Origin: Patescibacteria group bacterium
GTDB taxonomy: Bacteria; Patescibacteriota; Microgenomatia; 0-14-0-10-38-17
NCBI GenBank assembly: GCA_050953885.1
Contig: JBMNNJ010000001.1
Location: 143,437 to 207,436, forward strand
DNA: 64,000 bases
Reading direction: 5' to 3'
Positions within the stretch are counted from its first letter, which is position 1. Each line of letters begins with the position of its first letter. This document shows positions 10,382 through 19,399 of the stretch, one piece after another. Both the position numbers and the translations under genes were made by a program. Under the pieces are notes generated by a model. That model saw nothing but the letters and a program-made list of their open reading frames with translations, did not search any database and was not told the origin of the DNA.

Positions 10382-11222
10382 TTTTCTTTTAAGTTCTTTA
10401 TACAATAAGTTAGATTTTCCTATTCGGTTTGTTTATTCTCATTCTCCTTTTTTAAACAAATTGTTGTTTTGGAAACTTTATTCATCAGATTTTGAGAAAT
10501 TAGATTCTCAATTCGAAAATATGAAGCTGATAGTTAAAGATAATGGTTTTGACTTTAATAATAAAATTTGCCTAGAACTTGGGCCCGGCAATTCTTATAT
10601 CAACGCATATAATCTTTTAATGAATGGAGCAAAAAAGGTCTTTTTAATTGATAAATTTTCTCGGAGAATAAAAACAAAAAAACAAAAAGATTTTTTTAAA
10701 AAAGAGGTAGAATTTATAAAAAAGAAATATAAAGAGGAAAAACTTTTTTTTATTAAAGAAAATTCCATTAATTCTCAGTATATAGAGTTTATTGAGGGAG
10801 ATATCAGAGACTTAAATTTAAATAGTAAGGTTGATTTTGTTTTGACTAAAAGCGTTTTAGAACACATCAAAAACATAAAGCAAACGATTACTAAATTATC
10901 CAAAATAACCAAAAATAACGGTTTTAATTATCACTATATAGATTTGAGAGATCATTATAATTTCAGCTCTCCCTTCCTGTTTTATAAATATTCTCCGGAA
11001 ACTTGGAATAAAGCCTTAACTAGAGAAGGAAGAACTTATACTAACAGACTAAGATATGATCAGTATTTAGATATTTTTAAAGAAAATAATTTTAACGTTG
11101 TTTACCAACAGTTAGAAAGGTTTACGGTTTTAAACAATCAAAAAATCTTTAAAGAATTTAACAAACATAAAGAATTCTTAGACATAGGTATTGCTAAGGT
11201 TTTACTTAAAAAAAATGATTAA
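10368..11222 (+). CDS. Class I SAM-dependent methyltransferase
   Basis: CLELGPG, SVLEH and HYIDLRDH motifs. Confidence 0.75.
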   Translation: MKVDNFLLSSLYNKLDFPIRFVYSHSPFLNKLLFWKLYSSDFEKLDSQFENMKLIVKDNGFDFNNKICLELGPGNSYINAYNLLMNGAKKVFLIDKFSRRIKTKKQKDFFKKEVEFIKKKYKEEKLFFIKENSINSQYIEFIEGDIRDLNLNSKVDFVLTKSVLEHIKNIKQTITKLSKITKNNGFNYHYIDLRDHYNFSSPFLFYKYSPETWNKALTREGRTYTNRLRYDQYLDIFKENNFNVVYQQLERFTVLNNQKIFKEFNKHKEFLDIGIAKVLLKKND

Positions 11223-12567
11223 TTATCGTAAACCTATTATTTATTCTGCTCTCTATTTATCTGGGAGTAAGATTCCTCAATATTTTAAAGAGATAAAAAG
11301 AATAGAGAGATTCTCCGATAAAGAAATTAAATTTTATCAGGAGGAAAAACTAAAGCTGGTCTTGCTTTATGCTTGGAAAAATGTGCCCTATTACCATAAT
11401 GTTTTGTCTAGTACAGAAGTGGTTAATAACGACAAGGTAAATTTAAGTAATTTTTCTAAAATTCCCGTTTTAACTAAAAAAATCATTAGAAAAGAGGGCA
11501 AGAATTTATATTCTGTCAAACGAAGAAATGGTTCATATGAAAACACTTCTGGAGGCTCGACTGGAGAGCCAGTCAGGTTTTTACAAGATAAAGAATATGA
11601 CGATTGGAATATTGCTACAAAAATTAGTTATAAGAAATATGGTGGCCAAGATATTGGCGAAAGAGAACTTCGTTTGTGGGGATCAGAAAGAGATCTTCTA
11701 GAGGGCAAAGAAAAACTATCAATTAGATTAAGAAATTGGTTATATAACCGGAAAGAACTCAATTCTTTTAAGATGTCGGAAAACAACATGAGAAATTTTG
11801 TTCAGGAATGGAACAAATTTAAACCGACTTGGGTAGAGGCCTATGTCCAATCTATTTACGAATTTGCCCGATTTATAAAAAAGAACAATCTTCCAATATA
11901 TTCACCCAAGGGAGTATTAACCTCAGCAGGAACCTTGTATCCGGAAATGAAGGATTTGATTGGTGATGTTTTTAATTGCTCAGTTTTTAATCGTTATGGC
12001 TCAAGAGAGGTTGGCGCAGTAGCTTGTTCTTGTACAGAAAATAAAGGGCTGCATTTAAGTGTTTTCAATAATTACTTAGAAATATTAGATAAGAAACATA
12101 AACCATGCTTGCCAGACGAAATAGGCAAGGTTTTTATAACTACATTGAATAATTTTTCTATGCCCCTTATTAGATATGACATTGGAGATATTGGTAGCTT
12201 TTCTAAAGAAAAATGCTCTTGTGGCGTAAATTTACCGCTATTAGAAAAAATTGAGGGTAGAGAGATAACTGTTTTTAAAACTAAAAATGGAAAGATAATC
12301 CCTGGAGAGTTTTTTATTCATTTTATTGGTGTAGTTTTTAATAAGGATGCAATTTCTAAGTTTCAGGTTATCCAAAAAGATTATGATTTAATTGAAATTA
12401 AAGTTGTTTTGGCAAATAGAAGTAAGTTTGAAAAAGATAAACCAGAAATAGAACAATCAATAAGAAAAACAATGGGCAGTGAATGTCGGATAAAATGGCT
12501 AGTGGTTAATAGTATACCGTCTCTTAAAAATGGAAAATATCTTTATACAATTAGCTTAGTTGAATAG
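11215..12567 (+). CDS. CapK/phenylacetate-CoA-ligase-like adenylate-forming protein
   Basis: NVPYY, TSGGSTGEP, YGSRE and PLIRYDIGD motifs. Confidence 0.88.
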   Translation: MINYRKPIIYSALYLSGSKIPQYFKEIKRIERFSDKEIKFYQEEKLKLVLLYAWKNVPYYHNVLSSTEVVNNDKVNLSNFSKIPVLTKKIIRKEGKNLYSVKRRNGSYENTSGGSTGEPVRFLQDKEYDDWNIATKISYKKYGGQDIGERELRLWGSERDLLEGKEKLSIRLRNWLYNRKELNSFKMSENNMRNFVQEWNKFKPTWVEAYVQSIYEFARFIKKNNLPIYSPKGVLTSAGTLYPEMKDLIGDVFNCSVFNRYGSREVGAVACSCTENKGLHLSVFNNYLEILDKKHKPCLPDEIGKVFITTLNNFSMPLIRYDIGDIGSFSKEKCSCGVNLPLLEKIEGREITVFKTKNGKIIPGEFFIHFIGVVFNKDAISKFQVIQKDYDLIEIKVVLANRSKFEKDKPEIEQSIRKTMGSECRIKWLVVNSIPSLKNGKYLYTISLVE

Positions 12568-12572
12568 AGATT

Positions 12573-13595
12573 ATGAGAAATAAAGTGGTGATTAAAAAAT
12601 TTGACGAGAAGAATTATTTGAATCAGGTTAGTGAAGTTTTGGAAAAAGACTTTTCCTTTCAAAAGAAGCTGAAAAATGTAAAAACAGTTTTTATTAAACC
12701 GAATTTGGTTAGCGATGTAGATTCTTATATTAAAAACGGCTCTAATACTGACATAAGAATAATAGAATCCATTCTTTACTACTTGAATAAGTTTCCTAAT
12801 CTAAAAGTTTATCTTGGTGAAAGTGAAACGGGAACAAAAACAAAGGGAAGGAAATTAATCTATGCTCTTGAAAATATGGGAGTAATAGATTTACAAAAGA
12901 GGTATGATTTTGAGATAGTAAATCTCACCGAAGACATTCAGATAGAAACACCCATTCCTAACGGCAAATTTCTTAAAAAAATAAAGCTTGGCAAAACATT
13001 CTTAGAATCCGATTTAATAATTAATTTGCCTAAAATAAAGACCCATAAATATGCTACTATCACCTGTTCTCTTAAAAATATGTTTGGAGTTATCCCCGAT
13101 CCGCTTAGGATTGTTTATCATCAAAATATCCATCAGGTAGTAGCGGATTTAAATAAACCTTTTTATCAAAAGATTTTCACCATTACTGATGGCGTTGTTT
13201 GTATGGAAGGGCAAGGCCCTCTATACGGTGTTCCCAGAAAATTGGGGATTATTATGTTTTCTAGCAACCCTCTAGCCAATGACTATGTTGCCTGTAGGGT
13301 GATGAAGATAGACCCTAGTGAAGTCAAACATTTGCAACTAGCCAACGAATGGGCAAAACTAGATTTCTCTGAGACAGAAATATTGTCCTACAAACCGATA
13401 AATAAAATTTCAAATAAACCGTTTGCCATGGCCAATAAGAACGCATTCGTGAAGCTGGAAGGTTTTTTGATGCAGAACCCTTTTATTGTCAGATTATTAT
13501 TTAACGATTGGTTTAGGAAAAATATAACTAAAAAAATAAGCTTTATTACTGATAGAATGAGAGGCGGTAGCTACAAATGGTATGAACAAAAATAA
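12573..13595 (+). CDS. DUF362 domain protein
   Basis: IKPNLV, LPKIKTH, SLKNMFG and MEGQGP motifs. Confidence 0.85.
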   Translation: MRNKVVIKKFDEKNYLNQVSEVLEKDFSFQKKLKNVKTVFIKPNLVSDVDSYIKNGSNTDIRIIESILYYLNKFPNLKVYLGESETGTKTKGRKLIYALENMGVIDLQKRYDFEIVNLTEDIQIETPIPNGKFLKKIKLGKTFLESDLIINLPKIKTHKYATITCSLKNMFGVIPDPLRIVYHQNIHQVVADLNKPFYQKIFTITDGVVCMEGQGPLYGVPRKLGIIMFSSNPLANDYVACRVMKIDPSEVKHLQLANEWAKLDFSETEILSYKPINKISNKPFAMANKNAFVKLEGFLMQNPFIVRLLFNDWFRKNITKKISFITDRMRGGSYKWYEQK

Positions 13596-14568
13596 TAAAT
13601 CTGCAATAACAGTATTAAATTGGAACGGTAAAAAATTCCTTAAAGATTGTTTGTCTGCTGTTTACGAACAAACAGAAAAGAACTTTGAGGTTTATTTCGT
13701 TGATAATGGTTCAACTGATGGATCTATAGAATTTGTTAAAAATAACTTTCCTAAAACAAAAATCGTCAGCTTGGACAAAAATTATGGTTTTGCTAAAGGG
13801 ACTAACGAAGGGATAAAGGAAGCATTCAAAGATAAAAAAGTAAAATATATTATTTGTTTAAATAATGACACGATTGTTAGTAAAAATTGGCTAAAAGAAT
13901 TGGTAAATACAGCACAAAAAGACAATAAGATCGGCGCTGTTTGTAGTAAATCTTATTTTAAAGACGGCAAAACTATTCAAAACGCCGGGCTTATTTATAC
14001 CCCCGCAATCGGAATAAATAAGGTGGGTGGAATTTCTTTGGGATACGGTTTTGCTGATAAGGAAGCGCCAGAATTATCTAAAGAAATTGAAATTTTTGCT
14101 CCTGGAGGTATAGCTCCATTGTATAGGCGCGACGTTTTAGAAAAAATATACCAAAGAGACGGTGAAATTTTTGATGAGGACTTCTTTGCCTATGCCGAAG
14201 ATCTAGATCTTGGTTTTAGAATTAGAAAACTGGGATATAAAAGTGTTTTATCGCCCAAGGCAACCCTTATCCATTTACATTCACAAACTGGCGGTGTGGC
14301 CTCGCCCTTTAAGGCATTTTACTCGGAAAGGAACTCTATTTTGACAGCAATTAAGAATTTATCATTGAAAGATTTGCTGCTTTTCCCTTTACGAAACATT
14401 GCGTTAAAAATATCTTATTTTTTCAAAAAACATGAATCGGTGGAAAGTTTAAAAAAGGAGGTTGGTTTTATTAAAATGTTTTTGATTGTTATAAAAGCTC
14501 ATTTATCAGCAATCGTATTAACCCCTAAAATGTTTGTAAAAAGAGCAAAGATAAAATACAAAAAATGA
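13582..14568 (+). CDS. GT2 glycosyltransferase
   Basis: LNWNG, VDNGSTD, LNND and YAEDLDLG motifs. Confidence 0.9.
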   Translation: MNKNNKSAITVLNWNGKKFLKDCLSAVYEQTEKNFEVYFVDNGSTDGSIEFVKNNFPKTKIVSLDKNYGFAKGTNEGIKEAFKDKKVKYIICLNNDTIVSKNWLKELVNTAQKDNKIGAVCSKSYFKDGKTIQNAGLIYTPAIGINKVGGISLGYGFADKEAPELSKEIEIFAPGGIAPLYRRDVLEKIYQRDGEIFDEDFFAYAEDLDLGFRIRKLGYKSVLSPKATLIHLHSQTGGVASPFKAFYSERNSILTAIKNLSLKDLLLFPLRNIALKISYFFKKHESVESLKKEVGFIKMFLIVIKAHLSAIVLTPKMFVKRAKIKYKK

Positions 14569-15233
14569 AGCAAAAAATCCCTCTAATTAGTATTGTTGTT
14601 TTGAACTGGAACGGTTTGCTTTTTTTGAAGGAGACTATCCCACCACTTTTAGATATTGACTATCCCAATTATGAAGTTATTGTTGTGGATAATGGCTCAA
14701 CCGATAAAAGCGTAAAATTTTTAAAAAAATTCAAAAAAATAAAAATTATTAAAAATAAAGAAAATTTGGGTTATTCAAAGGGGAAAAATATTGGCATAGG
14801 TCTGGCGAAAGGAGAATATATTCTTTCTTTGGATAATGACATTTTAATAAAAGACAAATATCTTCTAGGAAAATTATTAAAAATGTATAAAAGCAGAAAG
14901 GGGGTGGGTTTCCTTCAAATTCCTCTATTAGATAAAAACAAAACAAAAACACACTACTATGGCGTCTATTACTCCGTATATGGATTAAACATGCACAGAA
15001 AAGAAGTCGATATTAAGAAAATTACAGAGAATAAAGATAGTTTAGTAAAAATTGTTGGGCCAACCGGTGGTTTTTTCTTTATTAAGAAAGACGCTTGGGA
15101 AGATATTGGTGGCTTTGATGAATCGCAAGGGTTTCATATAGATGATGTTGACATTGGTCCTAGATCGATGATTTTTGATTATGAAAACTTTCTATATACA
15201 AAAAGTTATGCCATTCATTTAGAGATAAATTAA
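14565..15233 (+). CDS. GT2 glycosyltransferase, probably C-terminally truncated
   Basis: GT2 motifs present; ends just after the conserved His at 222 aa. Confidence 0.7.
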   Translation: MKQKIPLISIVVLNWNGLLFLKETIPPLLDIDYPNYEVIVVDNGSTDKSVKFLKKFKKIKIIKNKENLGYSKGKNIGIGLAKGEYILSLDNDILIKDKYLLGKLLKMYKSRKGVGFLQIPLLDKNKTKTHYYGVYYSVYGLNMHRKEVDIKKITENKDSLVKIVGPTGGFFFIKKDAWEDIGGFDESQGFHIDDVDIGPRSMIFDYENFLYTKSYAIHLEIN

Positions 15234-15268
15234 ACCGCCAAAATTTGAATAGTTTAAGTTTTAGAAAG

Positions 15269-16555
15269 ATGATTAACAAAGTTAGGCTTGAAGCAAGAAA
15301 AATAATCCAAAAAAATAAAACCCTTTTTGAGAATTTTATTTCCTTATCGCTTTTACAGGGGTTGGATTATATTTTCCCCCTTATTACTCTTCCCTATTTA
15401 GTCCGGGTTTTGGGACCAGAAAAATATGGCCTAACTGCCTTTGCCGCCGCTTTAGTCGGCTATTTTATGATTATTACCAACTATGGTTTTAATTATTCAG
15501 CCGTAAGAGATATTGCCATCACCAGAGAAGACGAGAAAAAAACATCAACGGTTTTTATGTCGGTAATGATTATAAAGATTCTTTTGTTCTTGTTAAGCCT
15601 GATTATTTTTTTAGGAATAGTTCTTTCTTTCCAAAAGTTCAGGACAGAGCTTCCCCTTTTTTTATTTTCCTTTTTGGCGATTATTGGCAACATTGCTTTT
15701 CCGGTTTGGTTTTTCCAAGGAATGGAAAAAATGAAATACATTACCATCTTTAATATTGTCGCCAAAGCTTTTTTCACCCTTTTGGTTTTTTTGGTTATTA
15801 AATCGGCTAGTGATTATATTTATGTTCCCCTTTTAAACTCTTTGGGCATAATTGTTTCGGGTTTATGCTCTTTATTTTTTATTTTTAAAAATTTTAAGAT
15901 AAGGTTTTTGCTTCCCTCACGGGAGGAAATAAAAAAACAATTTTTAGGCGGCTGGCACTTTTTCGTTTCCAGCTTTTTTATTAATCTTTATACCAACAAT
16001 ACCAACACGTTTCTTTTAGGGCTTCTTACCAACAATGAAATGGTGGGTTATTTCTCCGGCGCGGAGAAAATTATTAGAGCCTTCACGGGCCTTATCGCTC
16101 CCGTTTCTCAAGCAGTTTATCCCCACCTTAGCAGGTTATTTATTCAAGCCAAAGAGGCAAGCTTAAAGTTTATTAGAAAATTAGAGTTTCTTTTGGGAGG
16201 GATTTTCCTTGCTGTTTCTTTATCTTTATTTCTTTTTGCTTCTCCAATTGTTAAAATTATTCTCGGAGAAGAGTATTTGCCCTCAATTTTAATAATAAGA
16301 ATTATGGCGATTTTACCGTTTTTAATTACCATGAGCAACGTTTTTGGAGTACAAGGTCTTTTTGCTTTTGGTATTTCCCAAAAAGCTTCTAAAATTTTTA
16401 TTACCGCTTCATTTCTTCACATTCCTATGTTCATATTATTAACAAAACTCTTTTCAATTAACGGTAGCGCTCTTGCGGTAGTTTTAACAGAAAGTTTAGT
16501 TACAATCCTTTGTTTTCTTTATTTTAAAAATTTTTTGAGAAAAGAGCAGACTTAG
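15269..16555 (+). CDS. wzx: Wzx flippase
   Basis: PLITLPYLVRVLGPEKYG and WFFQGMEKM motifs; multi-TM. Confidence 0.88.
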   Translation: MINKVRLEARKIIQKNKTLFENFISLSLLQGLDYIFPLITLPYLVRVLGPEKYGLTAFAAALVGYFMIITNYGFNYSAVRDIAITREDEKKTSTVFMSVMIIKILLFLLSLIIFLGIVLSFQKFRTELPLFLFSFLAIIGNIAFPVWFFQGMEKMKYITIFNIVAKAFFTLLVFLVIKSASDYIYVPLLNSLGIIVSGLCSLFFIFKNFKIRFLLPSREEIKKQFLGGWHFFVSSFFINLYTNNTNTFLLGLLTNNEMVGYFSGAEKIIRAFTGLIAPVSQAVYPHLSRLFIQAKEASLKFIRKLEFLLGGIFLAVSLSLFLFASPIVKIILGEEYLPSILIIRIMAILPFLITMSNVFGVQGLFAFGISQKASKIFITASFLHIPMFILLTKLFSINGSALAVVLTESLVTILCFLYFKNFLRKEQT

Positions 16556-16577
16556 GCAGTTTTTAAATAAAAAATTC

Positions 16578-17663
16578 ATGAAATACGATTATTTAATCGT
16601 TGGAGCCGGTTTTTCGGGGGCAGTTTTAGCCGAAAGATTGTCTAGTGTTGGTAAAAAAGTTTTGGTGGTTGAAAAAAGAAACCATATTGGTGGAAACTGT
16701 TATGATTTTTTTGATAAAAATGGCGTTTTGGTTCATAAATATGGGCCTCATTACTTTAGAACCAATTCTGACCAAGTGGTTGAATATCTTTCCCAATTTA
16801 CCGATTGGTTGCCTCAAGAATTTAAAGTAAGGGCTTTTGTTAAAAAAGAATTATACCCTTTGCCTATAAATAGAGACACTCTTAACGCTTTTTTTAGGGT
16901 TAATTTAAAAACAGAAGAAGAAGCAGAAAAGTTTTTGGAAGAAAAAAAAGAGAAAATTAAAAACCCCCAAAACGCCGAAGAGCAAGTTTTATCCTTAGCC
17001 GGAAGAGAAATTTATGAGGCTTTTTTTAAAAACTATACTATTAAGCAATGGGGTATCCACCCCAAAAATCTTGACGCTTCGGTTACCGCCAGAATTCCCA
17101 TTAGAACCAACGCCAACGATTGTTATTTTAACGATAAATTTCAGGCAATGCCAAAAGAAGGCTACACTAAGATTTTTGAAAAAATGTTCGAGAAGTGCAA
17201 GGTTCTTTTAGAAACCGACTATCGAGAAATAAAAAATAAAATTTCTTATCAAAACATTATTTACACGGGGCCAATAGACGCTTTTTTTAATTATAAATAT
17301 GGTAAATTACCTTATAGAAGTCTGAAAATTAAATTTGAAAACTATAAAAAAGAATTTTATCAAGATTGGGCGCAAATTAACTACCCCAACGATTATAAAT
17401 TTACGAGGATTGTCGAGATTAAGCATGTTACAAAACAAAAAATACCTTGTACAACCATAAGCAAAGAATACCCAACTTGGGAAGGCGAACCATATTATCC
17501 TGTTCCCAACCCAAATAATGAAAAAATATATCAAAAATACGAAAGGGAAGCCCAAAAAATAAGAAATGTTTATTTTATCGGAAGACTGGCTCAATATAGG
17601 TATTTGAATATGGATCAGGTGATAAAAAACGCTTTAGAATTTTTTGAAGAAATGAAAAAATAA
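16578..17663 (+). CDS. glf: UDP-galactopyranose mutase
   Basis: IVGAGFSG, HIGGNCYD, HKYGPH, EPYYP and GRLAQYRY motifs. Confidence 0.97.
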   Translation: MKYDYLIVGAGFSGAVLAERLSSVGKKVLVVEKRNHIGGNCYDFFDKNGVLVHKYGPHYFRTNSDQVVEYLSQFTDWLPQEFKVRAFVKKELYPLPINRDTLNAFFRVNLKTEEEAEKFLEEKKEKIKNPQNAEEQVLSLAGREIYEAFFKNYTIKQWGIHPKNLDASVTARIPIRTNANDCYFNDKFQAMPKEGYTKIFEKMFEKCKVLLETDYREIKNKISYQNIIYTGPIDAFFNYKYGKLPYRSLKIKFENYKKEFYQDWAQINYPNDYKFTRIVEIKHVTKQKIPCTTISKEYPTWEGEPYYPVPNPNNEKIYQKYEREAQKIRNVYFIGRLAQYRYLNMDQVIKNALEFFEEMKK

Positions 17664-17667
17664 ACGA

Positions 17668-18498
17668 ATGAGCATAATAGAAAAATTTTTATCATTGCTT
17701 TTTACATTGTTGACCAACCCCAAGATCTTAGTAGTAAAAACAATGAGGCCTTTATTTTTTTTGCCCTTTACCCTAAGGCTTAAGTTTGATGCCGTTAGCC
17801 GCCCACACTACGCTTACTGTCTTTTTCAAGCAGCAAAAGAGGCAAAGGCCTTAGGAATAAATAGAATAAGTGCTATAGAATTTGGTGTGGCTGGTGGGCA
17901 GGGAATAATGGCGATGGAAAAATTATCCAGCGAAATAGAAAAAATTACGAAGGTAAAAATTGATATTTACGGTTTTGATCTAGAAAGAGGCTTACCTAAA
18001 CCTAAAGATTTTCGTGATTTACCCTATGTTTGGAAATCGGGATTTTATAAAATGAATTACAAAAAATTATCTGAATGTTTAACTAAGGCCAAGCTTATCT
18101 TAGGAGACGTGAAAGAAACGACTCCTAAGTTTATCAAAAAGAACATTGCCCCAATAGGATTTATTGCCTTTGATTTAGATTATTATTCTTCAACAAGAGA
18201 GGCTTTTAAGATTTTTGATGCGAACAGGGAGAAATTACTGCCAAGGGTTTTTTGCTATTTTGACGACACTATTGGCCCAGATGAAGAGCTTCATTCAAGT
18301 TATACAGGAGAGCTTCTGGCTATTAAAGAATTTAACAGAAAAAATAAGAGTAAAAAGATTTGTAAAATTAACGGGCTTATTTATAAAAGGAAAGTTCCAA
18401 AAGGGTGGAATGAACAGGTCTATATATTACACTTATTTAATCACCCTTTGTATACTGAATACATTTATCCAGGTAATGATAGGCAATTAATAATTTGA
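17668..18498 (+). CDS. TylF-like methyltransferase-fold protein
   Basis: IEFGVAGG, YGFD, FDLDYYSST and YFDD motifs. Confidence 0.6.
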   Translation: MSIIEKFLSLLFTLLTNPKILVVKTMRPLFFLPFTLRLKFDAVSRPHYAYCLFQAAKEAKALGINRISAIEFGVAGGQGIMAMEKLSSEIEKITKVKIDIYGFDLERGLPKPKDFRDLPYVWKSGFYKMNYKKLSECLTKAKLILGDVKETTPKFIKKNIAPIGFIAFDLDYYSSTREAFKIFDANREKLLPRVFCYFDDTIGPDEELHSSYTGELLAIKEFNRKNKSKKICKINGLIYKRKVPKGWNEQVYILHLFNHPLYTEYIYPGNDRQLII

Positions 18499-18508
18499 AA
18501 AAATAAAA

Positions 18509-19399
18509 ATGCCTAAAAAAGAAAAAATCGCCGCCAATGTGGTTACTTACAACAGAAAAGATCTTTTAAGAGAATGCCTTAATTCTCTTTTAGCGCAGAC
18601 AAGAAAACCGAATTCAATCATCATCGTTGATAATAATTCTACTGATGGAACAAAAGAAATGGTAGAAAAAGAGTTTTTAGATAATCCGATTTTTGATTAT
18701 GTGAGACTAAACGAGAACACCGGTAGCGCGGGAGGCCAATATACCGGCATCAAAAGAGCCTACGAAAAAGGTTTTGACTGGGTTTGGTGTATGGATGATG
18801 ATGCGACACCAAAAAAACAATGTTTAAAGAATTTGCTTGTTTCTAAAGAAAGCTGTAAAAAGGCAAAAGTATTAGTTCCAGTTAAGATTAGCATAAACGG
18901 TAATGAACAAGGGTCTCATGTGGGCGTTTTTTCTAGCCCCTTCTTGCGTATTAAGCCAGCAAATAGGTCTTCCAAATTAATTGAATTTAGTTCGTTTGTT
19001 GGTCCATTATTCAGTAAAGATGTTATACGAGAAATTGGTTTACCAAACAAAGACCTATTTATTTGGCATGATGATTATGAGTATTTTTTAAGAATAAAAA
19101 CAGCCGGATTTAAAACTTATCTTGTTGATAGTGCGGTTGTCATTCATAACGACGACTATGGGAGACAAAAGAAGAAGCAATTGGGTTGGAAGAATTATTA
19201 TGGTTGGAGAAATAAATTCTATATTAAAAAGAAATATTGTAAGCCTTTTTGGTTTTATTTGTATTTAGTGGTTTTTTTATTATGGCAAACTTCTGAAATA
19301 ATTTTTGTTTATCATCAACCAAAATATATAGAAACCTTGAGTAAAGCTCTTCTTAATGGCCTAAATGGTAAGCTGGGCTTTATTGGTTTTGATATTTAA
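18509..19399 (+). CDS. GT2, probable galactofuranosyltransferase
   Basis: VTYNR, NTGSAGG, WCMDDD and FIWHDDYEY motifs; near glf. Confidence 0.8.
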   Translation: MPKKEKIAANVVTYNRKDLLRECLNSLLAQTRKPNSIIIVDNNSTDGTKEMVEKEFLDNPIFDYVRLNENTGSAGGQYTGIKRAYEKGFDWVWCMDDDATPKKQCLKNLLVSKESCKKAKVLVPVKISINGNEQGSHVGVFSSPFLRIKPANRSSKLIEFSSFVGPLFSKDVIREIGLPNKDLFIWHDDYEYFLRIKTAGFKTYLVDSAVVIHNDDYGRQKKKQLGWKNYYGWRNKFYIKKKYCKPFWFYLYLVVFLLWQTSEIIFVYHQPKYIETLSKALLNGLNGKLGFIGFDI

